Of a stretch of 64,000 bases of DNA, positions 1-15,000 are shown one piece after another. Position numbers and translations under genes: made by a program. This stretch comes from Clytia hemisphaerica (taxonomy: Eukaryota). The stretch covers positions 483,995 through 547,994 of the forward strand of contig NW_027104280.1 of the NCBI RefSeq assembly GCF_902728285.1, in the 5' to 3' direction. Below the pieces are notes generated by a model. That model was not told where the DNA came from, searched no databases, and saw only the letters and a list, made by a program, of their open reading frames with translations. Position 1 is the first letter of the stretch. Every line of letters begins with the position of its first letter.

Positions 1-3000
1 TGAAAAAAATTATAAAAAGTTAAAAGGTGATAAAAATGATGCGTGCCTATTAAGAATTAATTTGTAATTGTGAAATAAAATGCTATGGTGGATCCGGAGC
101 GGAGGGACCTTTTTAAAGTTTTTTAATAGATATTTATTGACGTGTCTGCAGGTTGAAATCAGTTCAGTTCTCTTGTTAATTAGTTTTTGTTTTGACGTAA
201 TGATATGGTATTTTTCCGTTAAACATAAATTGCAAACTTTACCACCATTGTTGTATGGGCGGGCTCGGTCAATTATCTTCCAGTGGAGCGTGAAGGGGGT
301 GTTTTGATTTTGGAGACTCCACGCGTATTTTGACACACTAACTTTTGATTGAATAAACCGATTTTAAAGTTTTAATACTTATATTTAAGTTAAAATTTTC
401 TCTATTACAATGAAAAAAGAATCAACAAATCTTTATCCATAAGTTCACAATATTTTAACAGAACTAAGAGTAATCGCTACTGAGAATAGAGAAACCAACT
501 ATTTTGTATGTTTAGAACCTATGGAGCAGAATAATGACACTGCGGAGGAGGGCGTTGAAGAATCCGAAATGGAGAACCAATTAGAAGACGAGAGCTCTGC
601 GATGAAGAACACACAATCCACTCCCTGTCAATCAAAAATTGATGACGAAAAATGTTCACTTGTAAACCTCTTGATGCATTTGAAAAAGAGAATGGAAGAT
701 TCGAGAAAAAGTAACACCACACCTAGAAATGTGAATTTGACCAAGGTTTGTGCTGGTGATGGAGCCTATTATCTGGGTACCATCCTCAAAGATCACCTTT
801 GTAATGACCAAGTCGTAGAAGAAACTCTCAGTCCAATGACTGTCAATTCTAAAGCTAAAGAAGATCGAAAATTGAGAGCACTTGAGATCCAGAAAGTCCT
901 GATGGCGGAATTCGCTTCAAGACAGACTAAATTTATGGATGGTTTAGGTTTGTACTTTCATTACATTATTGGTGCTGTCTCGTCTAATTTAAAATAGGCA
1001 AAATTTTGTGAGGAAGCCACTGAGATGAAACCATACCCTTAAAAAGAAACCGTACTCTTAAAAAAATTGTTGTATAGGACTCTGAAACTCTGACACTATT
1101 TCAAAGACTGACTGTTATCAGAGGTTTAATTTTGGTGATCTTTCAATTACTTTCCTAGACCATTTGTTTTATTTTGCACAGTTGTATCTCCTATAGGAAA
1201 CAGATGTTAAATTTCGGATATTAGTTTACTTTTTTGATAAAGTTTATTCTGTTTACTTTGTTTCTCAGGTAAAACAATGGACGCTGAAGAAATGGAAGGC
1301 GTTGAGGAGACATCGAATGTGGAAAGTTATGAATGTCTTATTTGTACCAAGAAAGAAGAATCCACAGAAAATTCACCAATTGGGTTGATAGTTCTTCTGC
1401 AACCATCCACTGGTATGGATTTCATTGATGATTCTCTCGCCTTACCTTCACAAAGTGTTATCAGTAACCCCCACAACCGGTCGGTTGTACCCCTCCCAGG
1501 ATGCACCCATGGGTTGGAACTCTTTTGAGAGAAGGGGTCATAAGAATTACCCTAACTCTTGAGGTCTGTTTACCCATTACATATAATTGGACCACCAAAT
1601 TAGCATATATGTCACTTAATAGATTTGCTAACGGAATTCTGCAGCGGCTCGGTTGCCTATTGGTTAGCGAGTCAGGTCTTGAATCACTGACTTGGTTATC
1701 CGAGGTGGGGATAAGACGAGTCAAACACCTTTAAATATGTGAGGAAATGTAGAGAACGTCTAACTATAAACTTACATTGCGGGGTTAAGCTACGTTGTGG
1801 GCGGGGTTAAGCTACGTTGCGGGCGGGGTTAAATTCATTTTAGAGTTCATTCAGTGTAAAAAAATTCTCCTACTACTTGTGTGATCCGCTTTCTTTATGC
1901 CAAGATTCATATAAAGTTGATATTCAATTAACGAACTTTTTTCTTCATTTTTGTAGTTCTCGGAAAACGACACGAGGAGAGGTCTGAGGCGAATCATTAT
2001 GTGGCGTCACAAATACACGAAGATTACCTCTCAAATAAACGGAAGGCTTTCATGCCTCACTTTGATACGGTAAATGAAAAATTACAGCAAATCTTCCACC
2101 TCTCTTATTGGAAGTGGATAAAATTCTAAGTATGTGTGAAAAAATTTGGATTGTTATAAGGAGTACTTAACTGAGACTGGTAGGAACTTTCTCATCGAAT
2201 TCTTAAAGCTCTTAACCGGCATGTCACTTGTGTTTAATCTTTGTATGTATTTTGAACATTCTCAAACCTTTTAGCGGTCGATTCGATCAGCATTGGAAGT
2301 TGGTTTGGATTGTGGTATCAATATTCAAAGTTGTGGACATTACATTCACGTACATTGCCAAATCTCCTACTTCAAGTCGCTCCAGGTGAGCTAAATTCGA
2401 TTGAAATTACTCTTATTAATTACTCTTCTTGGTATTGTTTGATATCCTGATTACCTTACTGTTTGCCTCCGGAAAATTCTAGGGGCTGGTCTAGCTTACC
2501 TCTTTCATGGTCTGGACCTTATTCAAAAATCTGGCACACTGGTGAGTGAGTATACAGAGCTTTGAAAATGTTTTCCAATGATACCAAACATAAAGGGTTT
2601 TGGGTTATGATTGACCCAACTCTCAAAACAAATTTTATAATCTCAACTTCTTGCAGGATGAGCAATCACGATTGTTGAATCTTGAGAAAGGAGAATTTAC
2701 ATGCCCGATGTGTCGACAGATTAGCAATGGAGTGCTCCCCATACTCCCAACATTCATAAAGATTTCTACTGCACAAGACCTCATAGTAACAATCAGACTT
2801 CTCACTTTATTCCGACCTCTTCAACCACATTTATCTTATATTAAACACTTGATAGAGCTATTCTAACTTTTCCGAGCCACTTTTCCGAGCAGGTAGAGCA
2901 AAATGATGCGCCATCTTTGCTAAAAGTAGGACAAACAAGACACGAACTTTGGTTTTCATTGTTAAAATATTTTGACACTGCAATGATTTCAAGGCTCGGG

Positions 3001-6000
3001 TCTTTTTATCAAAGATGGCGCATAATCTTACTTCATGTAGAGACAGAGTAGCTCGATGTAGTGCTTTATACAAGATATCCGTGTCTCTAACTAATCTCAA
3101 TAACATGTTACGTTTCGAATATTGAGTCTCCCTTGAAAACCCCGGGGGGATACTAGGGCAAGATGGGTTACGGGGATGCTCTGCTGGTCAGGGTACCCTT
3201 TTTAACCTCTACGAGTCCCAGGCAGGGTCGCAAAAACACCAAAATAGAAAAATCAGTCCCTCGTAGGGTGCCTATTTTTGGAAAATTTGGGGAAAAAATA
3301 GAAAATTTGAGAACATTTTGGAATTTCAGTCCCATTCAGGGTCACTTTTTTCTCAAATTTCGAGTCCCACGTAGGGTCCATTTCTCGAACATCAGCGGAG
3401 CACCCCCGTCGGTCGGCAAATGTAGTACCCCCCCCCCCGGGTTGAAAACATACCTATTACGATACAATTGGTTTATCTCTGGTGACATGATCGAGATTCC
3501 AATTAAAGTCTGTCCAGATATAATTGGCAGTGGAAACAAGAATGCCTGTAACTTTTGATAGTCAAATATAATTATGGAAATTTTTTTTGCTTGTTTTAGA
3601 GAATCAAAAGCGCTATATTTGAATGTATTTTTGGTTGAAAAATTCGCGATTTTAAGTGGTTAAATTTGCGATTGCAAAAATTGAGCTTTTTTTCTACTTA
3701 TGCTATAACGTTCATTTTTACACCAGTGGTAGTTCAACCTTGAGTTAAGAAGTTTGTTAAATTTCAAGGCAAACAGAAAAGTCCTTCAGAAGATATGGGA
3801 CCCGAAATACCCCTTGGTAGCACTTTTCTGTGAAATATCAAATCTCCAACTTATTACTAAAAACGGGGGTAGTGATATGATAAAACAGTTTTTCGATCAT
3901 AACAAATTTTACGATCTCTTTAATAACCTCATAGCCAAACTGTGTTTAGGGTTTTGGGAATTAGCAAAGTTCTTTAGACTTAAAAATAACAAAGGCAATA
4001 TAAGTTCATGCTTATCTTTTCAATAAAAACAATTATACTGTGATTTCACTTCGTTTCGAAATACTAAATGATACCAATAGCAATAATACCAATGCACCAA
4101 CACTTAACATTTTCCAACTTTTAATTGCACTGTTCAAAAAAGATAACATAACCCCCGTTTTTAGTAATAAGTTGGAGATTTGATATTTCACAGAAAAGTG
4201 CTACCAAGGGGTATTTCGGGTCCCATATCTTCTGAAGGACTTTTCTGTTTGCCTTGAAATTTAACAAGCTTCTTAACTGAACTACCACTGGTGTAAAAAT
4301 GAACGTTATAGCATAAGTAGAAAAAAAGCTCAATTTTTGCAATCGCAAATTTAACCGCTAAAAATCGCGTATTTTTCAACCAAAAATACATTCAAATACA
4401 GCACCTTTGACTCTCTAAAACAAGCAAAAAAAATTTCCAGAATTATATTTGACTATCAAAAGTTACAGGCTTTCTTGTTTCCACTGCCAATTATATCTGG
4501 ACAGACTTTAGTAAAGTTTTAAGAAGTAATTCTAATAATTCTGGACTGGGTTTCTTAGTGCTACCATTTTAGTTTTTACGTTCCCATTCGGTAAAAGTAG
4601 AAACGCTGTACTATATCACCGAGATGGTCAGGGTTTCTCTTAAATCTTCTTGAAAAGTTTCATTTCGTGAAACCACTTGATTACCATGGTAACATTTTCT
4701 TGTATTTATTTTTCAGAAAGGGAAAACGTTTGAAGAGAGATGTGCTGACATCAACAAGTTTTTAACTTTTTACCAACAGGTAATTATTTAATCGAAAAAT
4801 GTAACAATTCCAAATCTAACCTAGTAGCGAGGGATATTTATTTCAAATATTGAAATGCAATGGGAGCAAAAAAAGTTCAAACCTTGCTTTCTACGTCCAA
4901 GTTAAGTTTAATTCTCAACTATTCTCAATTCGAAATTGTTTCTTTACCAGGGTGGCCTGACACAATTCACCGCCCGTGCATTGGAATTCACGATGTTGAC
5001 CGCCTCCATTTCCACCCTGGCTCAAAAAATGGAAGAGTTGATCAAGAACGCCAACAGCAAAGTGTTCGAGTTTTATTATGGAAGCAACTGGAAATGGACT
5101 GACAAATATTTTGTTCTCCTCGGTTCCTTGAGGTAGCAATCTGTTATATTAGAGTTTAGTCAAGTGAGGTCTCAATTCCCCTTATTCAATCTCCCCAATT
5201 TTCTCTGTTCGATTTCTTGTTTAAAAGTCGTGTACCTTCTTACTTTACTTTTGTTGCTTTCAATAAAAAGGAATCGAAGATTCCATAAAACCAATCTTTC
5301 TTTCTTTGCAGACAAAATCTGGAATGTGAAATGGAATATCATTTGAGGAACCCTTTCAAGAAGAGACGCAGTTGTTTCGGTAAGTCTCAATTTATGATAA
5401 TGATAAATATATATTTTTTATATGTCAGCAATTTATAAGCATTAAAATCTCTATATATAAAGTTCTTTAACAATCCACATTTCAAATTTGTTTTTGTACC
5501 CAATGGTCACATTTCATCTACTTGATAAATCGATAGAATCAGTTGCTGTCCTTTTTCTGCTACAACAAGTCCTCTTCATCCTCTCTTTGACGAGTCTGTT
5601 TTTGGACAAATAAACGAAAGCGTTGGAAAGAGAGTTAAGAGTAAAAAGATAAAAAGTTGCCAGCAACATTTCATCAGGCGCGTCTCGGTCTTTAGCGATA
5701 CGGAAAGCTTTGACGGTCAAATCGAAAGAGTAAGTTATGAAGAAACAGAAAATGATGATGAAAGAGATTTGGAACGCCCTCAGTTTCTTTTTACGAGTTT
5801 CCTCTCTCGTTTTCTGTCGTTCACTTTCAAGAGAGTTTTGCTTCAATTGTCGTAAATGTTTTTTCAAATTCATGAAAATATACGCATGCGCAGATATGAT
5901 GATGACCAGGGTTGCCATGTTAACGAGAATGATGATACCAAGACAAACAAAGTCCACCTCCTCTTCCTCATCTCCGTAAAGTTTGTTGAAAATCGTGAAA

Positions 6001-9000
6001 ATGAGAATCAGTGAAAGTGGACCAGCCCAAGAGAATGTTATCAAAACCTTTTGTTTACGTTTTGTTAGCCACGTGTCGTATTTTAAATTCAAGTAGATAG
6101 CCCAAAATCGATCTAGAGTCAACAGTAAGATATTGGTTGAGACGATCGTTTCAAAGGAGGTGCAAATCAAACTCACGTAGCGCATGATTCGTAATTCTTC
6201 AAAGTTTCTGTCATCTGACCACCTCTTGGTGACTTGCACAACAATCAGTGTGAAAATGCTTGCGTTGTTTACAAAATGTGCCATCATCAAACTGAACAAA
6301 AACACTCCATGGCCACGACGAAGTAATTTCGTACGTTCGTGTATAAAAAATATGAGGATTGCGCTGATGAAAATGAGAGTCAGTGTGAGCAAGGATAGAT
6401 AGAGATACACTATTTGGAATTCGTCTTCTTTTCGACAGATCCCTCCATGCATTCGAATACAGGAAACGTTTTGTGATGCTCGAATCGCCATTTTGTGAAC
6501 TTGACTGATTTTCAAGATTTGCCTTTTTGTTTTCATTCCATCGATAGCTTTCTCTTTACACTAATCTACAAAAGCAAATATTTGACGCTAGTCTCAAATT
6601 TCATGAGACTATTTGTTTGAGATTGCTATTTTCACCTTTTCCTAACCTAAGGTTTTTTTTCACAATTTAGTGGTATGTTATTAAGCGAAAACCAGCTTGG
6701 GGACGCTTGTTTATTAAGGTTTATGAACATAAGAAACCCAGAAATTCACACAGTGGACTATATTCTGAGTTTAAATTTCCTTGTTGAAAGATCTCATGAA
6801 TCTCTATGAAATCTATCTCAATACAAACATAATTGTCATCAAATACTTTAAAATGTTACAATTTCATCCTTCCTTGTCAGACATTCACTATCTTTCCTTG
6901 ACTTAAAATTTTCTCACTTTTTCAAATTCAGTAAATACACTACATCGACTGCTGGGATAAAAAGAAAAACAAAATCACGTTTGACTTTCCTAATGAATCT
7001 TAAATGAACTCTCAATATCCAATTGAAAATCTTTTTCCCTTTTTTTATGGTTTTAGATTTCAATTTCAAGAATATCACGGGGGTTTCTTTTCTGAGCTAA
7101 TTAAAAGCAAATTCGGGGTTAAAACTTTAAACTTTTTCAGAACTGTTTTTTCGCACGCCTGTGTCGTAAATTTCTTTCCCCTACACGGCGCTGACAAGAT
7201 GATCATTTCAGTTCTCTTTACGTTATAAATAAATAAATTATTCCCTTTTTTTTAGTTGACATCTTGGAGTTATTCCAATTCCATTGCCAGTACGTCTCAT
7301 CTCCGCTTCGCTTGCGCTGGAATGAATTGTGTTATGGTAGCGATGAACTGGAGGAAAGTACGGCAGCTGGCAAAAAGAAAAGGTCAGTCACGTGATTTTT
7401 AAGACTGGAGAAAGTTGTTTTTTCGTACTCACAAATGGGAACAACAACTTGAAACGTAATTGAAATCATAATTATAGGAAAAAAGCTGTATGAAATAACT
7501 ATGCTAATCGAGCGTAAAAAGCGCTAGAAGCTATCGTAAGCGTGTGGTCTAATGGGTGACGCTTAAACGCGGATGAGGGTAAAATTAACCTCGTGCGTTT
7601 GGTTATATTTATGAAACAAGTATTTATAACAACACTTTCTAATATAATTTGTTTCAAAAATTTATCTTTATATATTTTTTTCAGTTCGTTGACTTACAAT
7701 GAAATTCCATTGCTTATGGTGGACGCCAGAAACCTGGTGTTGCAATTCATTTTAACCTGGCCTCACCACATGTCCAAAGGTGACTTCACTCATTTATTTC
7801 TCAACAGTTTCAGTTAGCTATGAATTATAACACTCCAGTGACGGATCAAAGAGAACATCTATGATGGAGCGTGTCTCTTTTAGTCATAATCTTTATAAGG
7901 AAATTAACACTCTCTCCCTTACACTTTTACTACGCTGACAGCCATCAAAATTTCACCGGTCCAACGCACCATAAACATTACAATTTATTTGTCTAAATAT
8001 TTGGTTCGTCAAATCAAAAGTGCATAACAATGCTAATCAATGCACTGGGCTTGGTAAAAATTCACTGGAGTTAATTTTTCATTTGTCTGCCTATCAAAAA
8101 CAAAGCAGATTCCTGCGTTGATGATGACACTTTACCAGTCAGTCAAACTCAGTCAATTTAAAAGAAGCCTTTCCCCTCTTTTATCTGTCCGACATAGAAA
8201 TATGTTTGCGCCTTTCTAATTACATGCCTGTCTATTTTACAGGAGAATTTCTTCATGTTATTCAACTTTGCTTCAACTTAAACTTCGTCCAGGTAAATAA
8301 GGGGCCGTCCATATAACACGTACGCAAAGATTTTCCAAAAAAATTGATACCCCCTCCCCCCTTGTACGCAAAGAACAATAGAAATTATGTCATTTAAACA
8401 ATAGATGTACGCCTTTACTAACCCCCCCTCTCCCCCCTTCACTGCGTACGTACTATATGGATGGCCCCTAATTTTATTCGAGGCCCCTCTCGTGATTATT
8501 TTGAAGGATTTGCAAAGGAAGTTCAATTAAAGTTTGATAAAAACTGATGCTCCTTTGAAGCCTTTTGCGATAAATTATAGGAATTGTATTCCCTTCTATT
8601 TTTACTTCTTCTAAACAGGCGCTGATTTGTATTGGATTTTCGCTGGAGCCCTCAGAAGTCGAAAGTTGGATCCAATCTTCCAACAAAGTAAGTTTTATCA
8701 TTAATCTTCAGACATAAAAATCTATAATATATCTACAAACATTAAATAATTTAAAGGGAGAGGGGCTTATCTAAAGAATCCTGCATTACTAAAAATAGAC
8801 AGAAAGAACGACAAATTTCATAAAAAAACATTTATCACGGGAATTAACTACATGTGGTCTAAAAGAACGACAAATTACGCATGCGTGTTACAATGCAGGA
8901 TTCTTAGGAACAGACTGGGATGTCCCTACTAACTCTTTCTAACTCAAATAAGTCGGAGAAAAGGGTAAACTCACTTTCATAGCTATCTCCTACTTCTTAG

Positions 9001-12000
9001 GGGAAAGGTCCCCTTTTATTCTATATGAGTAGTATTGATTGTTAAAATGGTGGCCCAATTTCTGGGAATTGAGACTAGAGGCTACTTTAACTTTGATCAC
9101 GCAGGGTGGAGAATCAAGCAAAATACAGCAATATGCAGGAGCCGTTTGGAAGCACAGCAAGAATTGGAAACGGAATCAACCTCAAGACGCCCCCATGGAG
9201 GTAAAGGTGCTTATGTATGACTGGGCGCGACAGTGGATTTCCTCCTTATTTTAAAACAAGCTCAGTTATACAGCGCACGCTTTGATCCACGTTACTTTAA
9301 CAGTAACTTCCATTATAATATCAGAACGAGATGCAGAATTTCCAATGAGAGGCACATTGTTTAGAATTACGAGTTTTTCAGCAATCAATTCTTAACCAAA
9401 GCAAAGGGTCTATGTGTAATAGTTTTTCTATAATCTCGCAAAATATGATGAAACCCGGAATATTGTTTACCTTATTGGTATATATTTTCGCGTGTTACAA
9501 ATTTTCGCGGGTACTTAATTTCGCGAGTTTTTTGGTCAATTTTCGCGAAATTTAATACTGTTTAAATTTTTCAAAATTACAAAATCGCGAAATTAAATAC
9601 ACGCGAAAAATTTTTTCTTAGTATTTTGTTAGTATTTTTACATCAAAAACGTTTAGTTGTGTTTCAAGCAAAATCAGTCTTTTTCTTGTTTCAAGCAAAA
9701 TCAGTCTTTTTCATGCTTTATATTCCCACTTTCTGAAAATACCTAGTTTAGTGAATCGCGAAATTTAATACACGCGAAACAGGTTTTTTCGAAAAAATTT
9801 CGCGATTCGCGAAAATTTGTAACACGCGAAAATATATACCAATAAGGTACCTTAAATAATTAAAGGGACATAACAGTACTTGCGAAATTTGTAAACAAAC
9901 TGTATGCAGCGGATACAAAATCAAAACAAATGTCACATGTCAAAATCAAAAATCAAACCAAATATGGCTAATTTTGATTATTCAATTGTTTTACAAGTTT
10001 GTTTTGGACACGTGATTTTAATTGTTCTCTTTAATGACACGTTCGCGCAATGTTTACATTTTACTACTTTAATGTCCCTTTAAAGGATTGTGAGCAATAC
10101 TGATAGACAGGCCCAATTTCAAATGTGTTCTTTACGGCAACTAATAGTAGATCACCAACTCTTATATTTCAGCAATTGCTTTCGTGTTCCGTTCTTTCCC
10201 CACAAGCCCTTGCGATGAAAGTCGAAGAATACTGCTCCATTTTCCTCAAATTTTGTTGGTTCGTCCAGCAAGTATGGAGAGGAAGACCGACTTCAGACGT
10301 GGATCAACTTTGCACGGTAAAGCCGTTATTTGCCATATCTTGGGACTTGTGCTTGATAATCATCCGCTTGCATCTCTTACGCCCGTAGCGATACATCGAA
10401 GAAATTATTTCAGATATTTCACATATATCATTTAAATCCTTTTAAGTTTTAATTTCTTTTTGTAAAACCTTACTTTGAGCTGAACCTTTCCTTCTCACTG
10501 AAAATTTAAACCAAGCGTGAATGGAAAAGGGAGCTATTAAACACAAATCACATCATACATCCAAGATACACGAAGAATAAGACAATGCGAATACATTGCA
10601 TCTCTTCATGATTTTACTTTGTGTTGACTACCATATACCATTTCTTTCAGCCCATCCCTTCGACTGTTGGACAGCTAGCGGTTGATTTACAACTAGGAGG
10701 AAATCAGACAGCTGAGACTTTCGACCTTACGGATTGCTTATCTGTGCCACGTGGTAACTTGTGTGACGTCATTTCAAAATGGTGTCAACAAGTCGAAGAG
10801 AAATTCGACTCTCAAGTTAATCTCGTGGTAGGTGCACTTTGTTAACGGTCGCTTGTCTAGCTAGTTCTTGACTTTTAAGATTCAAAACATGTTCAGGCTG
10901 TAGAAATGATGATTATAACTTTTACGTTTGTAGACAGAAATCTGTCTAGTTGAAGTTTCTAACTCAGATTTCCATCCTGGGTAGCTATAAACATCAAAAC
11001 AAGAAATATCTTCACTCCATCCTCATCCAAAGTGGATTCTTATTGACATTTAATACTAAATTATTTTAAAGACACCTTCAAATTCCTAATCTTTTTCTTT
11101 CAGGACTTGTTACCAAGAACAATCCATTGGCAATCACCGAAATTGATTTCTCTTCCCAAAGAATACGACAGGTGACCCTATAATATCACATGATATTTAA
11201 TATTTTGTATCATTTTTACTGAGGAGAATTGATGTTTGGGATTAATTGGAAGTTGGAAGGGTTTAAAAATACCACCCTGTTCTATTTTTGAGGACCTCGT
11301 TTCCTACCAAGTATGTTTTATGGACCTACCCCGGTGGAGGTCCTATAAATTAACCTCTGTCCGTTCGTCCGTCCGTTCGCTACCAACTTTTCTCGAGATT
11401 GACTCATTAGTTTTTTCTAATTTTTTGCACAAAGATGTGTAACTATAAACCCTCGAATGTGACGGAGCCCGGTTTTCGAAAAAAAAAAAAAATTTGGGCA
11501 AATTTGAGCCAAAAAACGGCTAAAAAACGTGTTTTTTGGACTTTGTGAAAAATTGGATCATTAATTTTTTGCATGAAAGTAGGTAAAAGATGAGTCAAGC
11601 AGATTTTTGTAAAAAAAGCTTTTTCAGCTCAAAAAAACGCATCTTTATATATAAGAATCACTATTAATAAGCATACATCAATGTTCTTAGCCAAATTACT
11701 CAATTTTTTGATGAGATGGATGTTTTTTTGCTCACGAAGCCTTGAATATGAAAGAATATTTCAAGAGCATGAAATTTTGGTTTCTTAACGTTTTTTTATA
11801 AGAAACAAACGACTAATTTTAATAGATCGTCACTATTTGTGTTCTGAATGATTGTTTAACGGTCATGCTCACGTAGATATAAATTATATATGTGTTAAAT
11901 AAATAACCAGGTAGGTCCATAAAAGTATCATTTTTTTTCGGTGGAGACCTCAGTCTTTTGTCGGAAAGTCGGTATTCACTTCATTAAACATTTGAATTTT

Positions 12001-15000
12001 TCGTTCCATGATTTACAGTTTATTCCAACGATACCGCAAAGAGAAATGTGTTCGATGTAACACTACACCGAACGACCCAACGATTTGCCTTGTGTGTGGA
12101 GCTTTTCTTTGCTTTCATGCCAGTTGTTGCACTAACAGTAAAGGAGTCAACGAATGTGTTCAGGTAAGCTCTACTCCTCGGTTCTATGTACCTTATCGGC
12201 CCTTTTTACGCCGGCCCTAGTTTGACGCCGGCCCTTATAACGCCAATAAGGGCCGGTGTTAAAAGGGCCGATAAGGTAAATGATTTATCCTGTTAAATTT
12301 AGTTAAGAAAATAAAAGAAGAAGATAATCCAGAACAAAAGCATTCTCGAACATTAGAATACCTAACACTACATCTTCTTACACCTTTCACAGCATTCGAT
12401 GGAGTGTGGTTGTGGGACAGGCGTTTTTCTTGTCATCTCTTCTTCCGTCACTCTCATCATACGCGAAACAAGAGTCACGCTTTGGGGTTCCGTCTACCTT
12501 GACTCGTTTGGAGAAGAGGATAAAGACCTCAGGTAAGGCTCTATAATCAATGCATTTTAAGCGGATTTTTTAAGTTTTATCTCTAGGCCAATCATTACCA
12601 TGTATTTTAATCTTTCTCATTATAATTTGTTGAATTTAATCTCCTTGGAATGTTTTCTTTCCCATAATGCATTTGTCTATTTGTTAAGTAAACAATACAC
12701 GTGGTATAGTGTAAACCTACCTTTACAAACCTTTATACATCTCCTTCAATCGAAGCTGTTTAATATTAATGAGTAATTGATGGAATTTCCCTTTGGTGTC
12801 TAAGGGGAAATTTGATTTGAACATCATCTATATTTCCCCGTATTTCACTCTGCCTATTCTTTCACTTTCTTTGCATTTTAACTTTCGTTTTTTCATGAAT
12901 ATACATCCATCTCCTTTGTATTTTTGTAGTAAGCACTGCTAGCTTCGTTGCCGCCGCGTTAAAATCATAAAATGAGACAATAAATTTTGCTGGTATACGT
13001 CTTGGGAATATCTTGCTGAAAACGTCAAAAGTTCGACAAAAGTCTCTGTTGTTCAACTCTTCAGAGGCAAAATTTTCGTCAGTTTGTCAATACACGCTTT
13101 TTGGACCTACCCCGGTGGGCTGTAGGTCCTATAAATTAACCTCTGTTCGTTCGTCCGTTCGTCCGTTCGTTCGTCCGTTCGTTACTAGCTTTCCTCGGGA
13201 TTGGCTCATTAGTTTTTCCTAATTTTTGGCACAAAGATGCAAAATGGTAATGCCCAAAATGTGACGGAGCCCGATTTTCGAAAAAAATTCATTTCCGGCC
13301 GAAAATGCCGGAAATATGCCGGAAAAACCGGTTTTTTGGCATTTTCTCGAGATTTCATCATTAGTTTTTTCTGATTTTTTGCACAAAGATGCGTATTAGC
13401 AATGCCTAAAAACATGGATTAGTCCGATTTTTGAGAAAAATTCTATTCCGGCTGAAAATGCCGGAAATATCCCGGAAATCGCCGTTTTTGCAGATTTTCA
13501 TTGGACTTTTTCCTTATATTTCGTTGTTTTTTCACACAAAAACATTATTTGTAGCAATGCCCACCATCAAGCATGGTTTAATTGTCAATAAAAGTGATTT
13601 TTGAAGCCGGAACTTTCTAAAAATCGCCGGACGGAACAGCCTTTTTTCGCCGGAAAAAAAAAAACGGTATTTCTTGAATTTCTCGAGCTGTACTTTATAT
13701 TTTTTCATGAAATTTTGCACACTGATGCAAAATGGCAATACCTAAAATATGACAGAGCCTGATTTTCAATTAACGTACTTTCCGGGCCGAAAATGCCGGA
13801 AATATGCCGGAAAAAACCGGTTTTTTTGGCATTTCTCGAGATTTCATCATTAGTTTTTTCTGATTTTTTTGCACAAAGATGCGTATTAACAATGTCTAAA
13901 ACATGGCCTAGTCCGATTTTTGAGAAAAATTCTATTCCGGCTGAAAATGCCGGAAATATCCGGAAATCGCCGTTTTTTGCAGATTTTCATCGGACTTTTT
14001 CCTTATTTCGTTTTTTTTTCACACAAACAAAACTTATTTGTAGCAATGCCCACCATCAAGCATGGTTTAATTGTCAATAAAAGTGATTTTTGAAGCCGGA
14101 ACTTTCTAAAAATCGCCGGAACAGCCTATTTTCGCCGGAAAAACGGTATTTCTTGAATTTCTCGAGCTTGTTTATTTATTTTTTCATGAAATTTTGCACA
14201 CTGATGCAAAATGACAATACCTAAAATGTGACGGAGCCCGATTTTCGAAAAATATTTTTTCCCGGCCGAAAATGCCAGAAATATGCCGGAAAACCGTTTT
14301 TTTTTACATTTTCTCGAATTTTCATCTTTAGCTTTTTCTGATTATTTGCAGAAAGATGCGTATTTGCAATGCTCAAAAGATGGCCGAGCTCGATTTTTGA
14401 GAAAAAATTTTTTCCGGTTGAAAATGCCGGAAATCGCCGTCTTTGCAGATTTTCATTATATGTTTTCCTTGTATTTCTATGTTCTTCACACAAAAACATT
14501 ATTGATAACAATGCTCACCATCAAGCATGATTCAATTGTCAATAAAACTGATTTTTGCGACCAGAACTTTCTATTAATTTTTCCCTACAACCCTTCCCTC
14601 TCCCCCCATCAACAATCAATGATGAATTTATTGCGTTATGCATTTTCGCTAAACGATATATTTTCTGACTGATTTTTTTCTCCTCGCATTGCTATCTAAC
14701 TTTCATCATCAGGTAGGTCCATTCAGCATCTAGCTTGTTTTTTATAAGAATACACTTTATAAGAATGTCCATGATGAAAATGGCCAAAAAATTAAGAATA
14801 ATGCTAAGAATATCACCATCATGGAATTTTGCTACTCAAGCTAAGAATGCCATTTTTAGAGCATTTTCGATTATAAATTGTCAATTACCCCCAAGACGCC
14901 AAGTAAGGCTCACTTCTTTCACAAAAATACCATCATTTTTTTGAGACGTATGGTCTGAATTAGGATCCTAACTTAAGAATGCTGTAAGAATATTTTAGGA

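Noticed and set aside
3754-4348. ORFs 3754-4026 (+) and 4121-4348 (-) encode the same peptide ([39 protein letters not shown]).
   Set aside because: They are mirror images created by the two arms of the foldback element (3505-4509), not genes.
7540-7610. gtggtctaatgg, a D-loop-like string suggesting a tRNA.
   Set aside because: No acceptor stem, anticodon arm or GGTTCGAATCC-type T-arm could be formed. It is not a tRNA.
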